From Microcystis aeruginosa NIES-2549 (lineage in GTDB: Bacteria > Cyanobacteriota > Cyanobacteriia > Cyanobacteriales > Microcystaceae): a DNA stretch of 32,000 bases. The position numbers and the translations under genes are program-made. Every line of letters starts with the position of its first letter. Within the stretch, counting starts at the first letter, position 1. The notes below the pieces were generated by a model that had not been told where the DNA came from, did not search any database, and saw only the letters and a list, made by a program, of their open reading frames with translations. Of the stretch, positions 17,248-25,970 are shown one piece after another. The stretch covers positions 3,000,001 through 3,032,000 of the forward strand of contig NZ_CP011304.1 of the NCBI RefSeq assembly GCF_000981785.2. Direction: 5' to 3'.

Positions 17248-17317
17248 GACATTCCTAGATAAAATATCGTAATTTTGTTAAAATAATCTCAAAGAAAAGC
17301 CTCTAAAATCAAAGGTA

Positions 17318-18211
17318 ATGTCCAAAATCGCTAAAAAACTTAGTAATTCTCCTTTTCGTTATCCTGGCGGTAAATTTTATGCCCGTAAGCTAATCTTAGC
17401 TTGTCTTCCTAGTCACCATAAGTATTGTGAACCTTTTGCGGGGGGAGCATCTATATTCTTTGCTAAGGAAAGTGTAGCAGAGAATATTCTCAATGACAAA
17501 GATGAGGAATTAATGAACTGTTATCGACATATCAAAGATCATCTTGATAGTCTAATTGAATTATTAAAAGATCTAAACGCTACCAAAGAATTACACAATT
17601 ATTATAAAAATGAATTTCAACCAGCCAATGACCTAGAAAGAGCCATGCGTTGGTATTATCTAAATAGAACTTCCTACTCAGGAATTATGAAACTTGAAAA
17701 TTGTTATTGGGGCTATGGTGATAAGTATTCTATGCGTCCTGAAAACTGGCCTTCTCACCTAAAAACCACTTCGGAAAAACTGCAAAATGTCAATTTATCT
17801 TGTTTAGATTTTGAAGATTTAATCAATCAATTACCCGATGATTACTTTTTATTTGTCGATCCTCCTTACTTTCAAGCAGATCAAAATAAATTCTATTCCT
17901 GCTTCTTCAGTCTAGAAGATCATGAAAGGTTATGTAAGACGTTGAAAAAACATCAACATCGATTTAAATTTCTTTTGACTTATGATAATTGCTCCGAAAT
18001 TAGAGAAATGTATGATTGGTGTATTTCTTTACAAGATAATGAATGGAATTACACTATTAATCGAACTGATGATCAAAAAAATGGTTTAAAATTAGAACAT
18101 GGTTATCAGAGTGAAAGACGCAAGGGCAAGGAGGTATTTATTGCTAATTATGATCTTGAGAAACCTGCAAGATTTACACCTCTACAATTAAGTTTATTCG
18201 ATGTATCTTGA
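17318..18211 (+). CDS. Dam-class (D12, alpha-group) N6-adenine DNA methyltransferase
   Basis: FRYPGGK, EPFAGGASIFF (motif I), NDKDEELMNCY, YYLNRTSYSG and FVDPPY (motif IV). Confidence 0.9.
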   Translation: MSKIAKKLSNSPFRYPGGKFYARKLILACLPSHHKYCEPFAGGASIFFAKESVAENILNDKDEELMNCYRHIKDHLDSLIELLKDLNATKELHNYYKNEFQPANDLERAMRWYYLNRTSYSGIMKLENCYWGYGDKYSMRPENWPSHLKTTSEKLQNVNLSCLDFEDLINQLPDDYFLFVDPPYFQADQNKFYSCFFSLEDHERLCKTLKKHQHRFKFLLTYDNCSEIREMYDWCISLQDNEWNYTINRTDDQKNGLKLEHGYQSERRKGKEVFIANYDLEKPARFTPLQLSLFDVS

Positions 18212-18220
18212 TTCCTAATT

Positions 18221-19051
18221 TTAATCAAGTAAATCCTCTATTTTTTCGATAGGTAGCCATGGTTGTAGAGGTTCAGCCGTATTAACATCAAAGAAAATTT
18301 TGGGATAATTAGGGATGAAATTACAGTTTTGATCCTGGCATTTCTGGCGAGAACAATTGATATTATTGGTTTGATTTGCTGTTAAATCTTTACTTCTGGC
18401 AACGTACATTTTTAAAAGGGCTTCTTCTTGATTATTAATATTAATTTTGCTTAAAAATATTTGCTCTTTTGGTGTGGGATTCCAAACAAATAGTCCTGTT
18501 TCTAAATTGGTCTGAAAAAAAGCATTGGCAAGAGATGTAATCACTAAATCAAAATCTGTTTCAATATATTGATCTTTGTGAATATTGAGGCTTGTTGAAG
18601 GTATTCCTATCAATTTAGACCTTTGTTCTGCCGCTTTGTCTCCTAAGGTTCTTGATCTCATACATTTGACTTCAATAAAAGGTCTGATACCTCCCTGAAG
18701 ACGGAAACTACCTTTTTTGGCTAACTTACATTCAGCAGAGTATTTTTTGGCGTTTTTTTGATTGATAATAGCTACATCTATATCGTGAGAACCAGCTTGA
18801 GGATTTAAGCGAGGATTAGTAACTAAATAATTATTCGCGAGTATTTTTGACAGTTTATCTTGTACAGTGAACTCAAAAAACTTGCCACGAATCATAGGAA
18901 TAACTTTTGGATCATTGAGAACTTCTGTAATATATTTGATATTCAAACTATAACTCTTACAAAAACTTTCTATTTTTTCAAACCATTCCCATTCAAGCTC
19001 GTTATCATGCAAAAACTGCTCAAGCAATTTAATCAAATCTTCTGACATCAT
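18221..19051 (-). CDS. Putative type II restriction endonuclease (PD-(D/E)xK-like)
   Basis: 276 aa. It converges on M (9 bp between the stops) and overlaps the C-gene stop by 23 nt. A candidate catalytic core is GKFFEF...SHDIDVAI...SAECKLAKK. No family recognised. Confidence 0.7.
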   Translation of the reverse strand: MMSEDLIKLLEQFLHDNELEWEWFEKIESFCKSYSLNIKYITEVLNDPKVIPMIRGKFFEFTVQDKLSKILANNYLVTNPRLNPQAGSHDIDVAIINQKNAKKYSAECKLAKKGSFRLQGGIRPFIEVKCMRSRTLGDKAAEQRSKLIGIPSTSLNIHKDQYIETDFDLVITSLANAFFQTNLETGLFVWNPTPKEQIFLSKININNQEEALLKMYVARSKDLTANQTNNINCSRQKCQDQNCNFIPNYPKIFFDVNTAEPLQPWLPIEKIEDLLD

Positions 19052-19289
19052 CAGTATTTACATCGGAATTTATAGACATAGTGTTAAAAAGCTCCGAAAG
19101 ACTTATGTTTAATGCTCTACATAAAGAAATCAAGCATAGTAAAGAAGGATTCCTTTTACCACGTTCAAGAAGACTGATGTAAGTTCTATCCAAATTGGCC
19201 GCTTCGGCCAACCTTTCTTGGGATAAACCCTTTTGAATACGAGCATTATGTAAACATCTGCCAAATTGAGCTAAATTGTCCTTTGCCAT
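19029..19289 (-). CDS. Controller (C) protein, XRE-type HTH regulator of the R-M system
   Basis: MAKDNLAQFGRCLHNARIQKGLSQERLAEAANLDRTYISLLERGKRNPSLLCLISLCRAL. About 86 aa from the ATG at 19289. The track's GTG start at 19340 lies inside the C-box. Confidence 0.8.
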   Translation of the reverse strand: MAKDNLAQFGRCLHNARIQKGLSQERLAEAANLDRTYISLLERGKRNPSLLCLISLCRALNISLSELFNTMSINSDVNTDDVRRFD

Positions 19290-19312
19290 GCTTCGATTAA
19301 ACTGCCTGACGT

Positions 19313-19338
19313 GACCCCTAGTCCACTGACTGACAGTC
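19313..19338 (-). promoter_or_regulatory. C-box operator (two GACT-N3-(A/G)GTC palindromes separated by AGTG)
   Basis: The minus strand reads GACTGTCAGTC-AGTG-GACTAGGGGTC, 23 nt upstream of the C-gene ATG. This is the same architecture as the C.PvuII/C.AhdI-type operators. Confidence 0.7.
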
Positions 19339-19351
19339 ACAATAGAAAAAC

Positions 19352-19381
19352 AAAAAAATGAGCCAGATTTTTCTGACTCAT
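19352..19381 (-). terminator. Rho-independent terminator between the tkt stop and the C-box
   Basis: On the minus strand, ATGAGTCAGA-aaaa-TCTGGCTCAT (10 bp, one G-U pair) is followed by TTTTTTT. Confidence 0.7.
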
Positions 19382-19399
19382 TACAGCTAAGATTTCAGG

Positions 19400-19463
19400 T
19401 AATTAACCTAACAACGCTTTTGCCTTCGCTACCACGTTATCCACGGTAAAACCGAACTTCTCT
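19400..19463. repeat. 64-bp direct repeat, copy 2: the functional 3' end of tkt
   Basis: Identical to 17184-17247. Confidence 0.95.
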
Positions 19464-21409
19464 AGAATCACACCCCCCGGAGCAGAAGCGCCGAAGGTAT
19501 CAACCCCCAACACATCCCCCTCATCGGTGATGTAGCGATGCCAACCCATAGTTGAACCCGCTTCCACCGCGAGACGTTTTTTCACTGCTTTCGGCAGTAC
19601 CGATTCTTTGTATTCTGCCGATTGTTCCTCGAATAGCTCCCAACAGGGCATAGAAACGACGCGAGCTTTAATTCCTGCCTCTTTTAACACCGCAGCCGCT
19701 TTATCGCAGAGATACAACTCGCCACCCGTACCGATGAGAATGACATCGGGAGTACCTTCACAATCGGTGATAATATAAGCACCTTTAGCCACACCCGCAA
19801 GGGAAGTTCCCGCTAAATTGGGCAGATTTTGACGGGATAATGCTAGTAACGTCGGGCGCTTAGTTTCGCTCACCGCTACTTTATAAGCACCGGAAGTTTC
19901 CGTACCATCTCCCGGACGCATGACTAACAGGTTAGGAATAGCGCGCAGAGAAGCAACGTGTTCCACGGGTTGGTGAGTCGGTCCATCTTCCCCGAGGGCA
20001 ATGGAATCGTGAGTCATTACCCAGATGACGCGGGTTTCTGACAATGCCGATAAACGGATAGAATTCCGCATATAGTCGGTGAAAATCAGGAAAGTTGCCC
20101 CGTAGGGAATCAATCCCGTGTTATGGAGAGCAATCCCGTTACAAATCGCCCCCATCGCGTGTTCCCGCACGCCAAAATGGACGTTACGCTCCTGATAACT
20201 GCCTTTTTGGAAATTACCAAAATGCTCTAATTCCGTGTAGTTAGAGTGGGTTAAATCCGCCGAACCACCGATTAAACCGGGTAAAACCCCCGCAAGGGCA
20301 TTTAAGCAGATTTCCGAGTGTTTACGACTAGCGAGAGCCTTATCTTCGGGTTTATAAACCGGTAAAGCTTGCTCCCAACCTTCCGGCAGTTGACCGGTGG
20401 TTAACTGTTCAAATAAAGCGGCTTCTGCGGGATATTTAGCCTGATATTCGTTAAATAACTTATTCCAGTCCGTTTCTGCCGTCGCTCCCTTGTCCACTGC
20501 TTGTCGGAAACGATTTAACACCTCATCGGGAACCACAAACGGCTCGTACTGCCAACCTAAGGCTTTCCGGGTTAACTCGATTTCCGTTGCTCCTAAAGCT
20601 GCCCCGTGAACATCGGCGGTATTAGACTTATTGGGGGAACCATAACCGATGGTGGTGGTGATTTTAATCATCGAGGGTTTATCGGTGACAGCTTTGGCAG
20701 CTGCGATCGCATTGGCAATGGCATCTAAATCGGTGTTACCATTCTCGACGTGCTGAACGTGCCAACCGTAGGCTTCAAAACGCTTGCTCACGTCCTCGGT
20801 AAAAGCGATATCGGTGGAACCATCGATCGAGATATGGTTATCATCGTAGAGAGCGATTAACTTGCCTAAACCCCAGTGACCGGCTAAAGAACAAGCTTCC
20901 CCGGAAATTCCCTCCATATTGCAACCATCACCCAAAATCACATAGGTGTAATGGTCGATAATTTTGGCATCCGGTTTGTTGAAACGGGCCGCTAAATGGG
21001 CTTCTGCTAGGGCCAAACCCACACCATTGGCAATCCCTTGACCCAGAGGACCGGTGGTCACTTCCACCCCTTCCGTGACGAAATTTTCGGGGTGGCCGGG
21101 GGTTTTCGATTTCCACTGCCGGAATTGTTTAATTTCCTCTAGGGGAACGCTATCGTATCCGGTCAGGTACATCAAAGCGTACTGCAGCATACAACCGTGA
21201 CCGGCGGAGAGAACAAAACGATCTCGATTGACCCATTGGGGGTTTTTCGGGTTAAAACGCAGGAATTGATCCCAGAGAACAAAGGCCATGGGAGCGGCTC
21301 CCATGGGCAGTCCGGGGTGTCCGGATTTAGCTTTTTCCACGGCATCCACCGCTAAAAAACGCACGGCATTAATACAAAGTTCTTCGAGGGATTGGGAGGC
21401 GACAACCAT
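19403..21409 (-). CDS. tkt: Transketolase
   Basis: 668 aa. Contains the ThDP motif region [24 protein letters not shown], and the C-terminal ..[12 protein letters not shown]. Confidence 0.95.
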   Translation of the reverse strand: MVVASQSLEELCINAVRFLAVDAVEKAKSGHPGLPMGAAPMAFVLWDQFLRFNPKNPQWVNRDRFVLSAGHGCMLQYALMYLTGYDSVPLEEIKQFRQWKSKTPGHPENFVTEGVEVTTGPLGQGIANGVGLALAEAHLAARFNKPDAKIIDHYTYVILGDGCNMEGISGEACSLAGHWGLGKLIALYDDNHISIDGSTDIAFTEDVSKRFEAYGWHVQHVENGNTDLDAIANAIAAAKAVTDKPSMIKITTTIGYGSPNKSNTADVHGAALGATEIELTRKALGWQYEPFVVPDEVLNRFRQAVDKGATAETDWNKLFNEYQAKYPAEAALFEQLTTGQLPEGWEQALPVYKPEDKALASRKHSEICLNALAGVLPGLIGGSADLTHSNYTELEHFGNFQKGSYQERNVHFGVREHAMGAICNGIALHNTGLIPYGATFLIFTDYMRNSIRLSALSETRVIWVMTHDSIALGEDGPTHQPVEHVASLRAIPNLLVMRPGDGTETSGAYKVAVSETKRPTLLALSRQNLPNLAGTSLAGVAKGAYIITDCEGTPDVILIGTGGELYLCDKAAAVLKEAGIKARVVSMPCWELFEEQSAEYKESVLPKAVKKRLAVEAGSTMGWHRYITDEGDVLGVDTFGASAPGGVILEKFGFTVDNVVAKAKALLG

Positions 21410-21491
21410 AATGTTTTTTAGAATGAACTACAAAAATAAGACCAGGTTAAAGAGGGAGCCACTCACAGATTACTCTTTCAGGGGCATCGAC

Positions 21492-22742
21492 TCAAGCATA
21501 TTTTCTAAAAGCTAAGGTGACGTTATGGCCACCAAATCCAAAGGAGTTGGAAAGGGCAGCGTTAACTATCTGCTGACGACTTTCGTAGGGGACGTAATCG
21601 AGATCGCAATCGGGGTCAGGATTGTCCAGGTTGAGAGTCGGGGGAATCTGGTCATTAGCGATCGCCATCACCGTGGCCACGGCTTCAATGCCGCCAGAAC
21701 CGCCTAAAAGGTGGCCTGTCATCGATTTGGTGGAACTGACAGGGATTTTGTAGGCCGATTCTCCTAAAGCTTTTTTAATCGCCTTGGTTTCCGTGGGATC
21801 ATTGGCTCCCGTACTGGTCCCGTGGGCGTTGATGTAGCTAATTTCCGCCGGAGTCAAACCGGCATCTTTGATCGCTAATTCGATCGCTCTGGTGGCCCCA
21901 CGACCATCGGGAACCGGTGCCGTCATGTGATAGGCATCGCAAGTCAGACCATAACCGATCATTTCGGCGTAAATACGCGCCCCACGGGCCAAGGCCGTTT
22001 CTAATTCCTCTATAATCAAAATTCCTGCCCCTTCCCCCATGACAAAACCATCCCGATCCTTGTCGAAGGGACGACTGGCCCGGGTGGGGTCATCGTTGCG
22101 GGTGGACAGGGCCTTAGCGGAGGCAAAACCAGCCAATCCTAGGGGGGTAACGGCGGCTTCCGTCCCACCGCAGATCATCCCTTTGGCTAAACCCCTTTGT
22201 ACTAGACGGAAAGCATCGCCGATGGCATTGGAACCGGCAGCGCAAGCGGTCACGGTGCAGTTACTCGGTCCTTTGGCCCCCGTGTGAATAGCGGTTAAAC
22301 CGGCGGCCATATTGGCAATCATCATCGGGATCATGAAGGGACTACACCGGCTCGGTCCTTTTGTCAAGTAAATTTCCTGTTGATCCTCAAGCACTTTTAA
22401 GCCACCCACGCCCGTACCAATTAGTACACCTATATCATCGGCATTGAGAGCGTCGATCACTAATCGAGAATCTTGCAGTGCTTGCAAACTGGCGGCGACG
22501 GCAAATTGAGCGAAACGGTCCATGCGTTTTGCCTCTTTGCGATCCACATAGTCATGGGGGTCAAAACCCCGCACTTCCCCAGCAATGCGACAAGCGTGAC
22601 GGGAGGCATCAAAGTGGCTGATTAAACCAATGCCACTTTTGCCGTTGATTAAGCCTGTCCAATAGTCTGCTAGATTATTGCCGAGGGGAGTGATCGCACC
22701 CATCCCCGTGATGACAACCCTTTTTAATGGCAATTCTGTCAT
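21492..22742 (-). CDS. fabF: 3-oxoacyl-ACP synthase II
   Basis: 416 aa. Active-site Cys context TACAAGSNAIG, plus HGTSTxxND and GHLLGGSGG motifs; immediately downstream of acpP. Confidence 0.95.
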   Translation of the reverse strand: MTELPLKRVVITGMGAITPLGNNLADYWTGLINGKSGIGLISHFDASRHACRIAGEVRGFDPHDYVDRKEAKRMDRFAQFAVAASLQALQDSRLVIDALNADDIGVLIGTGVGGLKVLEDQQEIYLTKGPSRCSPFMIPMMIANMAAGLTAIHTGAKGPSNCTVTACAAGSNAIGDAFRLVQRGLAKGMICGGTEAAVTPLGLAGFASAKALSTRNDDPTRASRPFDKDRDGFVMGEGAGILIIEELETALARGARIYAEMIGYGLTCDAYHMTAPVPDGRGATRAIELAIKDAGLTPAEISYINAHGTSTGANDPTETKAIKKALGESAYKIPVSSTKSMTGHLLGGSGGIEAVATVMAIANDQIPPTLNLDNPDPDCDLDYVPYESRQQIVNAALSNSFGFGGHNVTLAFRKYA

Positions 22743-22811
22743 GTTTGTTCAAAAATAAGGGCAGATTTTGCCCCAGATATTTAATTCTAATTGTCAATTT
22801 TCCCGCAATAA

Positions 22812-23063
22812 CTAGGCGGTTGCTCCTACTTTCTCGCTAATATAATCGACAGCTTTGCCTACAGTGTCAATTTGTTCGGCTGCGTCGTCGGGAATTTCAA
22901 TATCAAATTCTTCCTCTAAAGCCATCACTAACTCGACCACATCAAGGGAATCAGCTTTCAGATCATTAGCAAAGCTTGCTTCGGGGGTAACTGTACCCAG
23001 ATCCTCTACTTCTAATTGTTCCACAACAATTTTTTTAACTCGATCGAAAATTTCTGTACTCAT
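22812..23063 (-). CDS. acpP: Acyl carrier protein
   Basis: Contains the phosphopantetheine site [21 protein letters not shown] prefer the ATG at 23063 ([13 protein letters not shown]) over the track's TTG at 23072. Confidence 0.93.
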   Translation of the reverse strand: MSTEIFDRVKKIVVEQLEVEDLGTVTPEASFANDLKADSLDVVELVMALEEEFDIEIPDDAAEQIDTVGKAVDYISEKVGATA

Positions 23064-23239
23064 GGATGTCAATTTTTATCCGCTGGTTTACCGGACTCTA
23101 GCCTCTAGGGTCTGGGGAAATGGGGCGGTGTTACCATTTCCGACAATAAATTTCGGTTAGCTTTTTCACTGACCATTTTTCATCTTACTGGAAGTTGTTC
23201 CCCTCTTGATGAAGTTTTTTCGCGATCATCAGAAGAGAA

Positions 23240-23326
23240 GGGTGTGGGGTGTGGGGTGTGGGGTGTAGGGTGTGGGGTGTAGGGTGTAGGGTGTGGGGTG
23301 TAGGGTGTAGGGTGTGGGGTGTGGGG
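23240..23326. repeat. Heptamer tandem array GGGTGT(G/A), about 12 copies (STRR-like; G-quadruplex-prone)
   Basis: Read directly. Runs of GGG/GGGG are spaced by TGT/TGTA on the plus strand. Confidence 0.9.
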
Positions 23327-23344
23327 AGAATAAATAAAAATAAT

Positions 23345-23393
23345 CTCCTGTCTCCTGACTCCTGACTCCTGATTCCTGACTCCTGCCTCCTGA
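23345..23393. repeat. Heptamer tandem array (C/T)TCCTG(A/T/C), 7 copies
   Basis: CTCCTGT CTCCTGA CTCCTGA CTCCTGA TTCCTGA CTCCTGC CTCCTGA. Confidence 0.9.
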
Positions 23394-23498
23394 ATAAAAA
23401 GCCAAAATATAACGGATAACTCCGAAATCCAGATAATAATCATGGCTGACCATTACCCCAATTCTAGAATTATCCGTTTTTTTTGGTTTTCTTGACTA

Positions 23499-24218
23499 CT
23501 ATTCGGCGGTAGCCAATCCAGTTTCGGTGCTGCCAGTGCTGCGACGACGGGTGAGAGTATTAAAGAGCATAATTCCGATCGCCTTGATTAGATTGCCTTC
23601 CAACTCTTGGAACATTTTCATGTTCATGCCAAAAGCGGCGTTAGCTTCGGTGACAATGCGATCGGCCATGGCTTGATCCACTGGTAACTCGTCGAGGGTT
23701 TGACGATAGTGGTTTTTATAGGCTTTTTCGTCGGAAATATCTTTGAAATCATAGAAAGCCGTGCCACCAGTTTCCAGATTCATCGCTTTTTCGGCGATTT
23801 TTTTCAAGATTTGCCCCCCGGACAGATCGCCGAGATAACGGGTATAGGAATGAGCGACTAATAATTCGGGTTCTGTTGTGGCGATTTCCCGAATCCGGTT
23901 AACGTAGGCCTGACCTGCGGGAGATAAAGCGATCTCGTTGCGCCAATTGGGACCGTAATAAAAATATAAATCCTGTTCCAGCGTATTTTTACGATTGAGT
24001 TCAGGAAAACAGATTTTAGAAACGACGGGATGACTAGGAAGTTTTTCCATCTCCTCCTCCATGGCCGAATAGACGAAGTAGAGGTTAGCCACCAGTTTGC
24101 GATAGGAAGTTTTTTCTACCACGCCTTTGAGAAAACACTTGACAAAACCGACGTTTTCTGCCATGGTGTGGGATTTTTTCGTGCCTTCCCGCAGTTGAGT
24201 TGATAAATTAACGCTCAT
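23499..24218 (-). CDS. ho1: Heme oxygenase 1
   Basis: 239 aa. LREGTKKSHTMAENVGFVKCFLKGVV....Y..LVANLYFVYSAMEEE is the canonical HO signature. Confidence 0.92.
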   Translation of the reverse strand: MSVNLSTQLREGTKKSHTMAENVGFVKCFLKGVVEKTSYRKLVANLYFVYSAMEEEMEKLPSHPVVSKICFPELNRKNTLEQDLYFYYGPNWRNEIALSPAGQAYVNRIREIATTEPELLVAHSYTRYLGDLSGGQILKKIAEKAMNLETGGTAFYDFKDISDEKAYKNHYRQTLDELPVDQAMADRIVTEANAAFGMNMKMFQELEGNLIKAIGIMLFNTLTRRRSTGSTETGLATAE

Positions 24219-24453
24219 ATTATGATCACCTGTTTGGATGAGTAGAATGGATCGGGTTCGTTACAGATGCTTACTAAAACCGCCTATTTGGGTAGATTAA
24301 ACTGAATCGAACGGTAATTTTATTAAGAATTTTTACAGTGCCGCCGGGGAAGCTGAGGGGGAAATTTACCTCTAGAAGGACTTGACCGCCGGTTGAAACC
24401 GGTATCAAGCCAGATGGCGCAATTGTAAAGATTAGTGAAAAACTGCTCCCTAG

Positions 24454-24481
24454 TTGATCTTGGGGAGAGAGAGGGTATAAT
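24454..24481 (+). promoter_or_regulatory. Candidate sigma70-type promoter TTGATC-N16-TATAAT pointing toward rpaA
   Basis: Hexamers at 24454-24459 and 24476-24481. A second perfect TATAAT lies at 24903-24908. The 24476-24481 hexamer read on the minus strand (ATTATA) could instead be the ho1 -10 box. Confidence 0.35.
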
Positions 24482-24565
24482 TTAGCACTAATATCGATTA
24501 TCGAGCAACATTCTTCACACTTCTTAGCAATTCTTAACATTCACGAGACTTATCGGAAATTTGGG

Positions 24566-24593
24566 TTGAAAACCCCGTCCTAAAAGGACGGCC
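24566..24593 (-). terminator. Possible minus-strand intrinsic terminator inside the ho1-rpaA spacer
   Basis: On the minus strand, CCGTCC-tttta-GGACGG is followed by GG and TTTT. No annotated minus-strand gene lies upstream of it. Confidence 0.4.
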
Positions 24594-25031
24594 TTGTGCT
24601 AGAGTATTTGTAGGTAGTTCCGACCGTGAGAACGTGAGCAAACGGGTTAAACGTCCTACTCCGTCATCTCAAAATTTCTGACAGTCAATGGTGTTCAATT
24701 AAGTCCAAACTGTCAGAACTCCAAACAATTAAATACTGTGGGACACACAGAAATTTACGCTTGGGGAGTAGTCTTTAAGAGTGCTGGCCTTATAGGTGTA
24801 GTCGGACTAGACATGAAACTGTAAGACCAAAATTAGCGTTGCTAGTAGAGGCAAGATTCAGCCCAAGAATCTCCGCACTTCTAGGGCGGAGAGTGTCAAG
24901 CTTATAATCAGTACAGGATTCTTTATGTTGTGCTAAACTCAGGCCCTTGAGAGACAAAGCCCTAGTGGCGATGTCAGCGAGAACACATTTAGCAACTCCC
25001 TACCCAAACCCTTAGTCATAACACTCTGGTA

Positions 25032-25772
25032 ATGCCCCGAATACTTGTAATCGATGATGATCCTGCAATCGCGGAATTAGTCTCCATCAACTTGGAGATG
25101 GCGGGTTATGACGTTAATCCCGCAGAGGACGGGATTAAAGGCCAGGCCTTGGCCGTCCAGTTACAACCCGATTTAATCATGCTGGATTTAATGCTGCCCA
25201 AAGTCGATGGTTTTACCGTCTGTCAGCGTTTGCGACGAGATGAACGCACGTCCGACATCCCGATTTTGATGCTCACAGCCTTAGGACAAACCCAAGATAA
25301 AGTGGAAGGTTTTAATGCGGGTGCTGATGATTACCTGACCAAACCTTTCGAGGTGGAGGAAATGTTAGCTAGGGTGCGCGCCCTGCTCAGACGCACCGAT
25401 CGCATTCCCCAAGCCGCTAAACACTCAGAAATACTCAGTTTTGGACCTTTAACCCTGGTTCCCGAACGTTTTGAGGCGGTCTGGTTTGAAGGTGTGGTCA
25501 AGTTAACCCATCTAGAATTCGAGTTACTCCACTGTCTTCTCCAACGTCACGGTCAAACCGTTTCCCCCAGTGATATTCTCAAGGAAGTCTGGGGATATGA
25601 TCCCGATGATGATATCGAGACTATTCGCGTTCATATTCGCCATCTGAGAACGAAACTAGAACCCGATCCCCGTCATCCTCGCTATATTAAAACCGTTTAC
25701 GGTGCGGGTTATTGTCTGGAGTTACCCACCAATGAACAGATGGTGCTTGATTCATCGGTGGCAACAGTTTAA
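25032..25772 (+). CDS. rpaA: OmpR-family response regulator RpaA (circadian/clock output regulator)
   Basis: [23 protein letters not shown]...[61 protein letters not shown] and the wHTH end [17 protein letters not shown] match my recollection of RpaA much better than RpaB. Confidence 0.85.
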   Translation: MPRILVIDDDPAIAELVSINLEMAGYDVNPAEDGIKGQALAVQLQPDLIMLDLMLPKVDGFTVCQRLRRDERTSDIPILMLTALGQTQDKVEGFNAGADDYLTKPFEVEEMLARVRALLRRTDRIPQAAKHSEILSFGPLTLVPERFEAVWFEGVVKLTHLEFELLHCLLQRHGQTVSPSDILKEVWGYDPDDDIETIRVHIRHLRTKLEPDPRHPRYIKTVYGAGYCLELPTNEQMVLDSSVATV

Positions 25773-25780
25773 ACAGGGAG

Positions 25781-25816
25781 CAATTGTCTAAATAGGCAAT
25801 AGAGACAATTGTTTCC
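25781..25816 (+). terminator. Possible rpaA terminator hairpin
   Basis: CAATTGTCT-(13 nt)-AGACAATTG followed by TTTCCTCTC. The U-tract is weak. Confidence 0.4.
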
Positions 25817-25970
25817 TCTCTCCTCCTCCTCTTGAGATTGAGAAGGTTTGACCGGCGGTTGGGTTTTGATGGCTATTTCTGAGGACTCTTTTGGGGCATG
25901 ACGATAACAAGCTGAGGGCTGATAGCTATATGGATGGGAAAACACCCCCAGCAAGTTAGTAACTACTGGT

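Larger units (their letters stand above)
17248..19399. mobile_element. Inserted type II restriction-modification cassette (M, R, C, C-box, own terminator) bracketed by the 64-bp duplication
   Basis: The unit is delimited by identical direct repeats, is visibly more A+T-rich than the flanking tkt, and contains a complete M/R/C gene set. Confidence 0.7.

Noticed and set aside
19290-19340. N-terminal extension of the C protein from a GTG at 19340
   Set aside because: The extension is encoded by the C-box operator itself. The ATG at 19289 gives the typical C-protein length of about 86 aa.
23240-23393. Possible CRISPR array
   Set aside because: The units are 7 bp and directly abutting, with no spacers, and no cas genes are nearby. 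This is a microsatellite/STRR-type repeat.
23180-23453. Two overlapping ORFs (87 and 74 aa) rich in PHPTPYT
   Set aside because: They are simply translations of the heptamer tandem arrays, in two frames on the same strand.
24274-24540. 88-aa minus-strand ORF upstream of ho1
   Set aside because: It occupies the expected ho1 promoter/leader region, has no convincing RBS context and matches no recognisable family. It is treated as non-coding.
24541-24900. Identity as RNase P RNA, tmRNA, 6S or SRP RNA
   Set aside because: I could not find the diagnostic motifs on either strand: GGAAAGTCCGG and ACAGAA..GGCTTA for RNase P, a GGGGCTG 5' end with a tRNA-like T-arm 3' end for tmRNA, or the GGAAG/AGCAG SRP core. 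The shared GACCGTGAG heptad with RNase P appears coincidental.
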